A stretch of 35,620 nucleotides of DNA from a virus. Its lineage: Duplodnaviria > Caudoviricetes. The notes below the pieces were generated by a model. That model was given only the letters and a program-made list of their open reading frames with translations, was not told the DNA's origin and searched no databases. How positions within the stretch are numbered: the stretch's first letter is position 1; every line of letters begins with the position of its first letter. The translations under genes were made by a program, and so were the position numbers. Positions 23,461 to 32,646 of this stretch are shown here, piece by piece. The stretch covers positions 1 to 35,620 of the IMG/VR virus record IMGVR_UViG_3300009095_000038. One strand, given 5' to 3'.

Positions 23461-23777
23461 ACGCTTATCAGAACGAAGCAATGCGGACGGCAATCTACCC
23501 GATTGATACGGGTATCGAGTACACCACTCTTGGACTCGTAGGAGAAGCTGGAGAAGTTGCCAACAAGGTAAAAAAAGTCTTGCGAGACAACAACGGCTAC
23601 TTCACTGAGGAAGCTAAGAAAGCCATTGCAGATGAATTGTCTGACACACTCTGGTATTGCGCAGCACTTGCACGAGAGCTTGGCTATCCTCTTGAGTCTT
23701 TGGCTGTAGCCAACCTAGAGAAGCTGGCTAGTCGTGCACAGCGGGGCAAGCTACAGGGAAGTGGCGATAATCGGTGA
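23451..23777 (+). CDS. mazG: MazG-like nucleotide pyrophosphohydrolase
   Basis: YQ..A.RTAIYP, LGLVGEAGEVANKVKK, DELSD.LWY, N.EKL.SR..RG...GSGDNR. Confidence 0.92.
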   Translation: MHLNAYQNEAMRTAIYPIDTGIEYTTLGLVGEAGEVANKVKKVLRDNNGYFTEEAKKAIADELSDTLWYCAALARELGYPLESLAVANLEKLASRAQRGKLQGSGDNR

Positions 23778-24067
23778 CTAAGCAATACTCTAAGTTCCAT
23801 CTCCCTTGGCTCAAGGATGCTAAGTGTGCGCAAGACCCTGGCTCATTGCCTGAAGCATTCGGAGATGATGAAGATCCGGATGAGCTAAGCACAGCCAGTG
23901 CTGAAGCATTCAGGGATTTCCATTGCCTTTCATGCCCAGTCATGGTTGAGTGCCTACGTCATGCTGTAGTCAATGGAGAAACGTTAGGTGTCTGGGGCGG
24001 TACGTTGCCCTCTGAGCGTGAGAATTTAGTAGATGGGGCAGGAATCCTTGAGTACCGTAACCGATAA
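23774..24067 (+). CDS. whiB: WhiB family [4Fe-4S] transcription factor
   Basis: W...AKC...CLSCPV..EC...GVWGG....ER; four conserved Cys. Confidence 0.92.
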   Translation: MTKQYSKFHLPWLKDAKCAQDPGSLPEAFGDDEDPDELSTASAEAFRDFHCLSCPVMVECLRHAVVNGETLGVWGGTLPSERENLVDGAGILEYRNR

Positions 24068-24710
24068 GATTCTAGCCAAGCTCCAAGAGCCTGATGAGCG
24101 CGGTAAGCAACGCTCTATCGGCCCGAGTGAGATTGGTGGTTGTCCTAACTGTCTCGCACACCGGCTAGAGCAGAAGCTCACAGGAGAGTTCAAACCCTCT
24201 GAGAGCAACTATGCTGCATGGTTCGGGACGGCTGTGCATTACTACTTGGAGCACGAGCTAGGGCTAGGTGTCTCCGAGCGTAAGGTGTTCGTGTATCACC
24301 TTGAGGGCTACGGAGATATTTCAGGACACGTTGACCTAACACTTGACAATGAAGTGGTAGATTACAAGGTGGTCGGTAAGCCTTCTTACCAGAAGATGCA
24401 GTTATCGTATCGTAAGAAGCCTAACCAAATCCCTACCACAGGTTATCGTGTACAGCAAATGCTTTACGCCTATGCAATCCGACAGACCGGAGTTGACATA
24501 GAGCAGGTGAATCTGCTAGTCTTTCCTAAGCACTCACATAGGTGGTCAGATGTAGCCACGTTCTCAGAAGTCTACAACGAGCAAGTAGCGCTCAAGGCTT
24601 TGGAACGATTAGAGCACATCTGGGAGCTAGTGCAAGAGGGTAAGATTGCAGATATTCCCTCAGATGAAGGCTGCTACAACTGTACAAACTCAGTACGAAT
24701 CAAATATTAG
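24033..24710 (+). CDS. Cas4-like / PD-(D/E)XK exonuclease
   Basis: IGPSEIGGC, GTAVH, GHVD...VVDYK, QQMLY, C-terminal CYNC; start 24033 or TTG 24048. Confidence 0.88.
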   Translation: MGQESLSTVTDKILAKLQEPDERGKQRSIGPSEIGGCPNCLAHRLEQKLTGEFKPSESNYAAWFGTAVHYYLEHELGLGVSERKVFVYHLEGYGDISGHVDLTLDNEVVDYKVVGKPSYQKMQLSYRKKPNQIPTTGYRVQQMLYAYAIRQTGVDIEQVNLLVFPKHSHRWSDVATFSEVYNEQVALKALERLEHIWELVQEGKIADIPSDEGCYNCTNSVRIKY

Positions 24711-24719
24711 GAGACTAAG

Positions 24720-25445
24720 TTGAGCGAACTATTCAACCTAGATGACATTGTGGCTATCACCCCGCCACGTAAGCTGGACACCAAAATGACTTGGCTGGTC
24801 TACGCACCTCCGGGTACAGGCAAGACCATGTTCGGTGGCTCTGCTTCCGAGGTAGAGGCCATGTCCCCTGTGCTCATGATTGACCTTGAGGATGGTAGCT
24901 CCACCCTCTCGCACAAGTACCCTGATGTAAAGGTTGCTAAGGTCAATGACTGGGAGACATGTGCAGCTCTCATTGAGGCTCTGGTAGGTAATGAGACTGG
25001 TTACAAGACGGTAATCATTGACTCTATCTCCAAGATGCAGGAGATGATTCTTGAGTGGTCTATCCGGGTCAACGGTGACAGCAACGGCTTTGAGAAGTGG
25101 GCACACGCCTATGAGAAGGCTTCTATGGTGATCGAGTCGCTACACCGCTCTGACTACCACCTCATCTGCACCACTCCTGCTGAACGCACAACTGACGAGT
25201 TCTCCCGTAACCGTATGATTATGCCTTACTTCGAGGGTCAGAAGTCCAAGACCAAGATGCCGGGTAAGTTCGACATGATCGCCTACATGTTCACTCAGGA
25301 AGACAGCGAAGGCGTAAAGCGTCGTGTGCTTCAGCTTGAGCAGGATGATGAGACTACCACCAAGAATCGTGCAGGAGACTACCTGCCCGGATTTTTACCA
25401 GACCCGGATTTCCGTAAAATTTATGAGGCCTTGACAGCCGAGTAA
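24720..25445 (+). CDS. AAA ATPase (AAA_24 / Sak4-like)
   Basis: VYAPPGTGKT, IDLEDG, YKTVIIDSIS, KNR. Confidence 0.9.
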   Translation: MSELFNLDDIVAITPPRKLDTKMTWLVYAPPGTGKTMFGGSASEVEAMSPVLMIDLEDGSSTLSHKYPDVKVAKVNDWETCAALIEALVGNETGYKTVIIDSISKMQEMILEWSIRVNGDSNGFEKWAHAYEKASMVIESLHRSDYHLICTTPAERTTDEFSRNRMIMPYFEGQKSKTKMPGKFDMIAYMFTQEDSEGVKRRVLQLEQDDETTTKNRAGDYLPGFLPDPDFRKIYEALTAE

Positions 25446-25459
25446 TCGTGTGGTAAGCT
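25431..25459 (+). promoter_or_regulatory. SigA-type promoter TTGACA-17-TAAGCT for the SSB gene
   Basis: Consensus elements. Confidence 0.8.
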
Positions 25460-25518
25460 TTTCATAGCGGTTCAACCCGCACCCAATAAATAGTAAACAA
25501 CAGAAAGAGGCACACACC

Positions 25519-26043
25519 GTGGCTACCATTCAGATCAACCTCACCGATTCCGACGTAAAGGGCTTTGAGGCAGCTCCAAGCGGTTCGTACAAGGTCGAAA
25601 TCACTGAGGCAGAACTCACCGAATCGAACTCGGCAAAGAACCCCGGCAAGCCTTTGTGGAAGCTCACCTTGTCTTCCATTGACAAGGACAAGTACAACGG
25701 CAACTTCATGACTTGGGTTCCGCTGTGGCAGGGCGCTCACTTCTCGCTCGTGTCGCTGGGCAAGGCACTGGGCTTCATTGAAGGCTCGGGAGCACTGACC
25801 GTTCCTGACGTTGACTCGCTCATCGGCAAGGAAGTTGTGGTCAAGGTCACTAAGACCTACTCGGTCGGTACTCCTATCCCGAACTCGGATCGCTTCACTT
25901 GGGATAACGTCACCGAGGAAGAGTACGATAAGGCTGAGAAGGCTGGCAAGGAAGTTCGTACCGGCAACAACGTCAAGTCCTACGCACCAGTTGCAGGTGG
26001 AGCTAAGAAGGCTGGCGCTAAGTCTTCCAAGTTCACCCTGTAG
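25519..26043 (+). CDS. DUF669-type ssDNA-binding protein
   Basis: FEAAPSG.Y.V.I.EAE...S..GKP; LIGK.V.V.V; N.VK.Y; follows the AAA ATPase. Confidence 0.8.
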   Translation: MATIQINLTDSDVKGFEAAPSGSYKVEITEAELTESNSAKNPGKPLWKLTLSSIDKDKYNGNFMTWVPLWQGAHFSLVSLGKALGFIEGSGALTVPDVDSLIGKEVVVKVTKTYSVGTPIPNSDRFTWDNVTEEEYDKAEKAGKEVRTGNNVKSYAPVAGGAKKAGAKSSKFTL

Positions 26044-26055
26044 TATATAACTACT

Positions 26056-26091
26056 AAGAAAACCCCTAGTCGAAAGGCTGGGGGTTTTCTT
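26056..26091 (+). terminator. Intrinsic terminator with GAAA loop
   Basis: AAGAAAACCCCTAGTC-GAAA-GGCTGGGGGTTTTCTT. Confidence 0.85.
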
Positions 26092-26093
26092 AT

Positions 26094-26122
26094 TTGCTTT
26101 TCAGGGTAGAGTTTGGTAGGCT
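26094..26122 (+). promoter_or_regulatory. Promoter TTGCTT-17-TAGGCT for the primase operon
   Basis: Correct spacing with extended TG, directly after the terminator. Confidence 0.7.
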
Positions 26123-26189
26123 TGTACTTACCGAAACAACACAGGAGGAACACATGCGTGCCAATTCCAAGGATACGGAGGGCTAAGCC

Positions 26190-28364
26190 TTGCAGGATTT
26201 TTTTGATTTACTATATTCAGACCTAGAAGGTCATGCCTGCATTACCCGTAAGGGTGCTGACGGCAATCTCACTAAGGACAAGTTCTTCGCTTGGCCTAGC
26301 GAGAAGGAAGAGATGGTGCGGTACTGTGAGCGCTGGTCGTTCATGGACGTTTATATGACTCCCCACCTGACGGACGGTACGGGTCGGCGCAAGGCCAACA
26401 TGGTAGCTGGTCGGGTAGCGTTCGGTGATGCGGACACGTTCAAGCCCTCAGAGCTGTTGGCTGAGCCTACGGTAGTTGTGCACACGTCTGAAGACAAGAG
26501 CCACGTCTACTGGCTGGTAGAGGACACTACAGACCCTGTAGAGCTAGAGCGCATGAGCCACGCGGTGTCTGTGGCACACCCAAAGGACTCAACGGGCTAC
26601 GACACTGGCTGGGCAACCAACAAGCTCCTGCGTGTGCCGGGAACGTCTAACAACAAGTACAGTGTGCCCTATGAGCTTCACTACGAGGTCACTGGGCTGA
26701 CTTACACTCAGGACAGCTTTGCAGAGCACTACAAGCTACCTGAGAAGCTTGAGGTAGTAACCCTTGACATGTCTGACATTCCTACCAAGGAAGAAGCTAT
26801 GGAGGGCATCAACTGGTCTGTGCAGTTGCAGGAAATCTTGCAGGGCACTTACTTTGCCAATCAGGGCTACTCACGACACAAGGTACTCCACCTAGCTATC
26901 CACGAGATGTTCCGGGCAGGGGCTACCAACGAACAGGTGTTTGCGATTCTGCGCAACCACACGCTGAACAAGTGGGTAGAGGACGGCGTAAGCCAGCCTG
27001 AACAGCGCCTGTGGGATGACATTGTGCGTGCTCGGGTGCAGTCGGAGCTATCCAACGTAGACATACTCAGTGAGATGGACGCAGACTTGCTTCCAGAGCT
27101 TCCTGAGACTACGTTTGACTTCCTCACTGAGGATGAGCACAAGCAACTGAAGCCTACGTTCATTGACAAGTTCGCTAGTTGGTCAGCTGGGAAGACTACC
27201 ACCTCCCGCGTGTTCCAAGAGGCAGCTGCGATCAACACGCTCTCCACGGTGTTTGCTGACTTGGGCAACTTGCCTTTGATTTGGGGCAATGAGCCTTTGA
27301 ACCTGTGGTTCATCATCGGTGGCCGGTCTACTGTTGACCGTAAGACTACCGTTCTGGGGCACATGCTCTCGGTTCTGCGTGCTGTGAGTGACGATGAGGA
27401 CTACCCATATGAGCTGGGTTCGGACATTACCGCTGGCGGTGTGTCTGAGGCTGTGCTGGACAAGCCTAACCGCTCAGGGCTGATCCACATTGACGAGTTC
27501 CAAGGATTCTTGGAAGAGCTTCAGAAGTCCTACATGTCTGGTGCTAAGGGGTTCTTCACCGCCATGTACGGTGGAGAGGTCAAGGGCAAGCTACGTGCTT
27601 CAGCGGACAAGAAGCGTCGCAAGTCTGTCAAGTTCGCCCTGAGCTTCTACGCAATGGGTATCACCAATCAGATTGCACAGCAACTGACCGAGGAAGACTT
27701 CTACTCTGGCTTCCTGACTCGTTTCGTGTGGGTCATCCCGCCAAGTGACTACACCCCTCCGTCAATCACTGAGGGCTTTGCAATGGCTCCTGCTGGGGGT
27801 CGCGGAGAGGACAAAGAGTTCTCTGAGATTGTGCAGATGATTATCACTGCACGCACTTACTTTGAGCAGTTCACTGACGGACTGGACGCACCTACACAGC
27901 CCATAGAGGTATCTACTGAAGCCTTTGAGCGCATGAAGCAGTTGCTGGAGGACTTTGCCAAGGCAGCTACTCGTGTGGGCAAGGAACAGGTCATCTCATC
28001 GGCAGCACGTTTGCAGATCAGCGTGTTCAAGGTAGCTACCCTGCTGGCAATGATCGAGTGCAAGGAGCGTGTAGAGCTGGATCATGTGCTCTCAGCAATC
28101 AAGTATGGCAATGCTTGGTTCTCCAACCTGATTACTATGGCTAACTCGATTAGCTCGACTGAATGGAACCGACAGCTGGACGAAATTTACGACTTGCTTG
28201 AAAAGCGTAACGGTGAGATGAGCTACGGCGCACTGTTCCGTGAGTTCAAGGCACAGTACAAGCCACGAGACTTCAAGGAGATGCTGACTGCACTGGAGGA
28301 ATCAGGCTACATCCGACTCAAGAGCGAAGCGGGGCGAAGCATTGTTACAGCTATCAGCCGATGA
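26190..28364 (+). CDS. DNA primase-helicase (RepB/AEP-like primase plus DUF3987-like ATPase)
   Basis: DVY.TP, GDAD, TS..K.H.YW, LLRVPGT.N.KY; C-terminal NLW..G.ST..RKTT, IDEF, SGFL.RF. Confidence 0.85.
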   Translation: MQDFFDLLYSDLEGHACITRKGADGNLTKDKFFAWPSEKEEMVRYCERWSFMDVYMTPHLTDGTGRRKANMVAGRVAFGDADTFKPSELLAEPTVVVHTSEDKSHVYWLVEDTTDPVELERMSHAVSVAHPKDSTGYDTGWATNKLLRVPGTSNNKYSVPYELHYEVTGLTYTQDSFAEHYKLPEKLEVVTLDMSDIPTKEEAMEGINWSVQLQEILQGTYFANQGYSRHKVLHLAIHEMFRAGATNEQVFAILRNHTLNKWVEDGVSQPEQRLWDDIVRARVQSELSNVDILSEMDADLLPELPETTFDFLTEDEHKQLKPTFIDKFASWSAGKTTTSRVFQEAAAINTLSTVFADLGNLPLIWGNEPLNLWFIIGGRSTVDRKTTVLGHMLSVLRAVSDDEDYPYELGSDITAGGVSEAVLDKPNRSGLIHIDEFQGFLEELQKSYMSGAKGFFTAMYGGEVKGKLRASADKKRRKSVKFALSFYAMGITNQIAQQLTEEDFYSGFLTRFVWVIPPSDYTPPSITEGFAMAPAGGRGEDKEFSEIVQMIITARTYFEQFTDGLDAPTQPIEVSTEAFERMKQLLEDFAKAATRVGKEQVISSAARLQISVFKVATLLAMIECKERVELDHVLSAIKYGNAWFSNLITMANSISSTEWNRQLDEIYDLLEKRNGEMSYGALFREFKAQYKPRDFKEMLTALEESGYIRLKSEAGRSIVTAISR

Positions 28365-28728
28365 TCGCATTGAGGCTCTGTATGAGGCTGATCGCCTCTG
28401 GGAGCTAGGTGTGTTGGAAGATGATTACTACAGGGCACGTAGCGCTAAGGGGATCAGCTACTGCAAGTTGTTCAGCCTTGAACAGTTGGCACAGATTGCG
28501 CGAGTGCCTAAAAAGGTATTGACAGACTTGGGAGTAGAAGAGTATGCTGAGAGAGCGGGTAAGCTAAACCCAGAGTCAATCAGGACAATCCGACTACTTG
28601 AACTCAACTATCGCACACAGGGTAGAGTATCAATGCCTTTGGTGGGAATTGTGCTGAGAGACGGGACTAGCTTACAGGCAATCCACCAACTTACAGGGAT
28701 ACCTACGAAAGAGCTAGAGGAAAAATAA
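28342..28728 (+). CDS. Hypothetical protein with HTH-like segments
   Basis: FSLEQLAQIARV and GTSLQAIHQLTGIP; lies between primase and polymerase. Confidence 0.7.
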   Translation: MLQLSADDRIEALYEADRLWELGVLEDDYYRARSAKGISYCKLFSLEQLAQIARVPKKVLTDLGVEEYAERAGKLNPESIRTIRLLELNYRTQGRVSMPLVGIVLRDGTSLQAIHQLTGIPTKELEEK

Positions 28729-30831
28729 ATGAAAGTGCTACTTCACACTACAGACGTTGTGACTTCTCAGGTTGTAGAAATCTTGCAGAAGGCCAAGGAA
28801 CTGTCAGGGGTGAAAGAGTCTTTCGAGTTTGCACCCCTTGAGGACACTTATGTGCCCCCGAGGGGTGTTCCCGTTTTGTCCCTAGGTGCCTACAAGCGTC
28901 GGGGACAGGAACGGGTCGTACAGACTTACTCCGTAAAGCAGATCATGGTAAAGGGTGACGCTATCTCACGCCTAATCACTGCGTTCAAGTTGCTTGAGAG
29001 TGTGCCAGAGCTACCAGAGTTCGAGTATGAGGTAGTTGACGGCTTGATTCGACTCAGTGAAGTAGAGCCAATGCTCACAGGCAAAGTGCTTGCGGTTGAC
29101 ATTGAGACCAAAGGCCAAGTAGATAAGCAAGTGCCAGCATGGGAACAGATCATTGCGCTCTCTGTGTACGACGGCAATAAAGCTTACGTGTTTGGCGAGC
29201 ACTTGATTCAACACCCTATTGCTCGGGACATGCACTTGTACCAGTTGCTCAAGGATTCTTATATTATCCTCCATAATGGCAAATTTGACTGCAAATATCT
29301 GTCACACTGCGCAAACATTTACCCAGATGCTGACACCATGCTCATGCACTACGCTTTGCATCCGGCAGCGAGTGACCACGGCTTGAAGCCTCTAGCCAAG
29401 GAATACTACGGAGCTGAGGACTGGGACTCAGGTAACAAAGAGCACACCAAGAAGAAGTCCTACTCAGAGCACACTGTGCTTGAAGATGGAGCCTATGCTG
29501 AGGCTGGGACTTATGACGGTGGCTCAGGCTACGAGCGCATACCACGCACTATGCTGTATAAGTATGCAGGAATGGATGTGTACTGGACTTACTGGCTTTA
29601 CCAGATTTTCAAGGTGGAGCTTGAAGACCTTGAGCCTAACCCTTACGGACACCTCATGGAACTGTCGCACATGTTCCAGCGGATTGAGTCTCCGGGGGTA
29701 CGGTATGACGTAGATTACATGGAGCAGTTGCAGTCTGAGCTAACCACTACTGGTGTGCAACTTGAGAATGAGTTGCATGAGCTAGTTGGCTTCCCGCTCA
29801 ACCCACGCTCGCCTAAGCAACTCAAGGAATACTTTGCTGAGCAGGGCTACAAGCTGGCTTCTACGGACGCAAACACGCTCAAAGAGCTGGCACAGGAGGG
29901 TAACGAAGTTGCAGGTCTGATTAGCAAGCTACGGGATAACAACAAGCAGAACGGTACCTACGTAACGGGCTACTTGGACAAGTTGGTAGATGGGCGAGGG
30001 TTCCCTACGTTCAAGCTCCATGCGTCCATCACAGGGCGCATTGGAGGCGGTGGGCCGAGCTTGCTCACTATCCCACGAGACAAGAAGATCAAGAAAATGG
30101 TGTTGCCTGATGAGGGGCACGTCATGGTTGGTGCAGATGCTAGCCAGATGGAGCTACGTATCATGGCTCTTGAGTCGCAAGACCCTTGGCTAATCGCAGC
30201 GTTCCAACCTGAAGCTGGGGACTTCTTTGACCTTGTGATTCAGCAGGCTTACCCTGACCTAGACCCAGTACAGTACAAGCGAGATGAGCCGGGAGACTAC
30301 GCTAACTTGCGTGCACGTATCAAGGGTGTCATCTATGGTAAGAGCTTCAACCGTGGCGACAAGGCCATTGCAGAGGCTCTAGGAGTACCTGTGCATGAGG
30401 CTACCAAGCTGTCTAACGCATTCATCCGTCCGGGGTCTGAGTTTGACCAGTGGCGCTCAGGCATCATGCAAAAGGCTGTTGCAGGTGAGCCAATCATCAA
30501 CAAGTTTGGGCGACGCTTCCAGCATGAGCTAGTGACTCGACGTAATCAGCAGAACGTTATCAACTCAGCCATGAGCTTCATTTCTCAGAGCACAGGTAAC
30601 GACTTGCTGTTGGATGCAACCTTGCAGACTGAGCCTAAACTAGAGCAGTACGGGGCAAGGCTTATCAGTACCATTCACGATGCTGAGTATTGCAGTGTGT
30701 CAGCCGAGAACGCTCAGGCGGTAGGAGAGTTGATTGTGGAGGACATTCAGCTTGCAGGCAAGCGTCTGTACGGCGATCAGGTGGCATTCGTAGCCGACTG
30801 GGGCATTGGGCAGAACCTATCTGAAGTATAG
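28729..30831 (+). CDS. polA: Family A DNA polymerase with 3'-5' exonuclease
   Basis: DIET, HNGKFD, YAGMD exonuclease motifs; motif A DASQMELR, motif B R.RIKGVIYG, motif C TIHD; no intein or intron. Confidence 0.95.
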   Translation: MKVLLHTTDVVTSQVVEILQKAKELSGVKESFEFAPLEDTYVPPRGVPVLSLGAYKRRGQERVVQTYSVKQIMVKGDAISRLITAFKLLESVPELPEFEYEVVDGLIRLSEVEPMLTGKVLAVDIETKGQVDKQVPAWEQIIALSVYDGNKAYVFGEHLIQHPIARDMHLYQLLKDSYIILHNGKFDCKYLSHCANIYPDADTMLMHYALHPAASDHGLKPLAKEYYGAEDWDSGNKEHTKKKSYSEHTVLEDGAYAEAGTYDGGSGYERIPRTMLYKYAGMDVYWTYWLYQIFKVELEDLEPNPYGHLMELSHMFQRIESPGVRYDVDYMEQLQSELTTTGVQLENELHELVGFPLNPRSPKQLKEYFAEQGYKLASTDANTLKELAQEGNEVAGLISKLRDNNKQNGTYVTGYLDKLVDGRGFPTFKLHASITGRIGGGGPSLLTIPRDKKIKKMVLPDEGHVMVGADASQMELRIMALESQDPWLIAAFQPEAGDFFDLVIQQAYPDLDPVQYKRDEPGDYANLRARIKGVIYGKSFNRGDKAIAEALGVPVHEATKLSNAFIRPGSEFDQWRSGIMQKAVAGEPIINKFGRRFQHELVTRRNQQNVINSAMSFISQSTGNDLLLDATLQTEPKLEQYGARLISTIHDAEYCSVSAENAQAVGELIVEDIQLAGKRLYGDQVAFVADWGIGQNLSEV

Positions 30832-30861
30832 TTGACAACCTAAGCACCTCTTGTGTATTGT
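30832..30861 (+). promoter_or_regulatory. Promoter TTGACA-18-TATTGT
   Basis: Directly after the polymerase stop, upstream of AAGGAG RBS. Confidence 0.7.
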
Positions 30862-30906
30862 AGTTACTACAGCACAAGGGGTGCTTTTCTTTATAAGGAG
30901 TTAGAA

Positions 30907-31176
30907 ATGAAACACATGATCCTATGCAACGACACTCGTTCGGTACTTGCAATCTGCAACAACGACTGGGAGTTGGAAGCGTTCGTTGAAGAGCTTGAAG
31001 TAGGGGACGTAGAGTTCACCATCTACGAGCAGGGCAAAGATGGACAGTGGGATGTAGCTGAGTTCTACTGCACGCACACTCAGGCCATTGTCAACGCTCA
31101 CGGAGCCTATGAGGAACGCTGTGAGAACCTGTCTGACCTGCCAAACGGTTGTGTCGCACACCGGGATGTGTTCTAA
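30907..31176 (+). CDS. Acidic hypothetical protein with Cys/His tail
   Basis: ATG 30907 with AAGGAG RBS. Confidence 0.7.
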   Translation: MKHMILCNDTRSVLAICNNDWELEAFVEELEVGDVEFTIYEQGKDGQWDVAEFYCTHTQAIVNAHGAYEERCENLSDLPNGCVAHRDVF

Positions 31177-31389
31177 ATGTCACAGTGCTTAGGCAAGACG
31201 GTATTCAAGTCCAAGGAAATCGCTGAGCAGGTAGCTAAGACCCTCACCGAGAAGTCTCACGCTAAGGGGCCGAACAACCGCTTGAACGGTCGCTCATACG
31301 GGAAAGGGCTAAGTTACCGAGTGTACAAATGCAACATCTGCCCTCATTGGCATCACTCAACGCAACCTTTGAGAAAGGGTAAAAAATGA
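31177..31389 (+). CDS. Small zinc-ribbon-type protein
   Basis: C.GK..F.S...A ... YKCNIC.HWH. Confidence 0.75.
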   Translation: MSQCLGKTVFKSKEIAEQVAKTLTEKSHAKGPNNRLNGRSYGKGLSYRVYKCNICPHWHHSTQPLRKGKK

Positions 31390-32018
31390 AGAAGCTGTGC
31401 AAAGATTCGAGCTGCAACCTTGAGGCCAAGAGCCAAGAATTTTGTGTAAAACATTACCAGAGGGCGGTAGCTCAGGGGGTTATCTTCACTATCCCTAAGA
31501 CCACTAAGCGAGGGTGTAGTGTCTATAGATGCGTAGAACCGATGCGATCCAAAATGCTTTGCTACAAGCACTACAAGCAATCTCTGCGGGGTGTGCCCGT
31601 CTATGAAGGTAAGCCAGCTTACTGTACCTTTGCTGGATGCGATAAGCCACACAAGGGTAGGGGTTTCTGCGCAGGGCACTTGTCCCAGCTCAATAGGGGC
31701 AAGGAACTAACGCCCTTACAGGAACGCTACGGCCTACCTAGCCCGGTAGCTAAGGTGTGCACATTTGAGGGGTGTGAGAGGCCACATAAGGCTAAGGACT
31801 TGTGTGTGTTACACTACGGCAAGCTTTGTAGGGGTACCCTGTACGGTACGTCTAAGCAAGAACAGCTGGACAATGCGGTTGAAGACTGCATGGAACTGCT
31901 CAGCTTTGGAGTAGCAGACATTGATGAACTGTGGCAGAGGGCAGGCTTTGTCAGTCTGAACGCAATGCGAAACAACTTATCAGAAGAGCAATGGGAAAAG
32001 GTGAGGTTATATGTCTAA
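31386..32018 (+). CDS. Protein with four tandem C-x4-C-x9-C-x2-H repeats and no HNH domain
   Basis: CKDSSC..FCVKHY, CSVYRC..LCYKHY, CTFAGC..FCAGHL, CTFEGC..LCVLHY. Confidence 0.75.
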   Translation: MKKLCKDSSCNLEAKSQEFCVKHYQRAVAQGVIFTIPKTTKRGCSVYRCVEPMRSKMLCYKHYKQSLRGVPVYEGKPAYCTFAGCDKPHKGRGFCAGHLSQLNRGKELTPLQERYGLPSPVAKVCTFEGCERPHKAKDLCVLHYGKLCRGTLYGTSKQEQLDNAVEDCMELLSFGVADIDELWQRAGFVSLNAMRNNLSEEQWEKVRLYV

Positions 32019-32646
32019 TGCAGGCTACCGTAAGTGGGCAGGTTGTGAGTGCTTCGTAGAGTGCTGTACTCGCCCAGTAAAAACCATGTGGCTATGTTCG
32101 ATGCACAGTCAGAGGGTCTCTCTGAACGGCTCCCTAGAGTCGAACGTGTTACGTTTTCCTAAAGAGTTGCTGGGAACTGGTGAGAGCCTGTCTAGGATGG
32201 TAGACAAGAACTCATTTGGTTGCTGGTTATGGAAAGGCACTCTTAACAATAAAGGGTATGGTTCGTTCTATAGCCTTTTACAGCAGCGGACTATAGGAGC
32301 ACATAGAGCGTCGTATGAACTATTCGTAGGTGCAATCCCTGTGGGAAAGGTCATAGATCATAAGTACGCCCATCTTGGTTGCCCAAGGCACTGTGTGAAT
32401 CCTGAACATCTGCGACCCATTACTTACGCACAAAACGGTGAAAATCTTACTGTCGAACGAAAAAGCAAGTCCGGCTACAGGAACATTAGGCTGTTACCTA
32501 ATGGTAAGTATTTGCCTAGGCTCAAGAAAAATGGTGTAGAGTACTACAAACCCCCTACAGAAAGTTTAGAGTTAGCTTTAGTCTTGGCTAAGGAGCTTAG
32601 ATCAGAACACTTTACACACGTTGAAGTAGACAAGGAAGATATATAA
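32011..32646 (+). CDS. HNH homing endonuclease (N-terminal Cys/His motif, HNH, degenerate AP2-like domain)
   Basis: CWLWKG.LNNKGYG; AHRASY; DHKYAHLGCPRHCVNPEHL; SGYRNI. Confidence 0.9.
   Translation: MSNAGYRKWAGCECFVECCTRPVKTMWLCSMHSQRVSLNGSLESNVLRFPKELLGTGESLSRMVDKNSFGCWLWKGTLNNKGYGSFYSLLQQRTIGAHRASYELFVGAIPVGKVIDHKYAHLGCPRHCVNPEHLRPITYAQNGENLTVERKSKSGYRNIRLLPNGKYLPRLKKNGVEYYKPPTESLELALVLAKELRSEHFTHVEVDKEDI

Noticed and set aside
24033-24710. Cas4-like gene as evidence of a CRISPR system
   Set aside because: No repeat-spacer array or other cas genes; its context (AAA ATPase, SSB) is the standard phage recombination module
28519-28548. Internal promoter TTGACA-18-TATGCT upstream of the DNA polymerase
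   Set aside because: Plausible, but lies inside a coding sequence 180 bp from the next start with no other support
26190-30831. Inteins or group I introns in primase or DNA polymerase (terminase also checked), given the many HNHs
   Set aside because: Reading frames are continuous, lengths are normal, and no intein C/S...HN motifs are seen; the HNHs are free-standing
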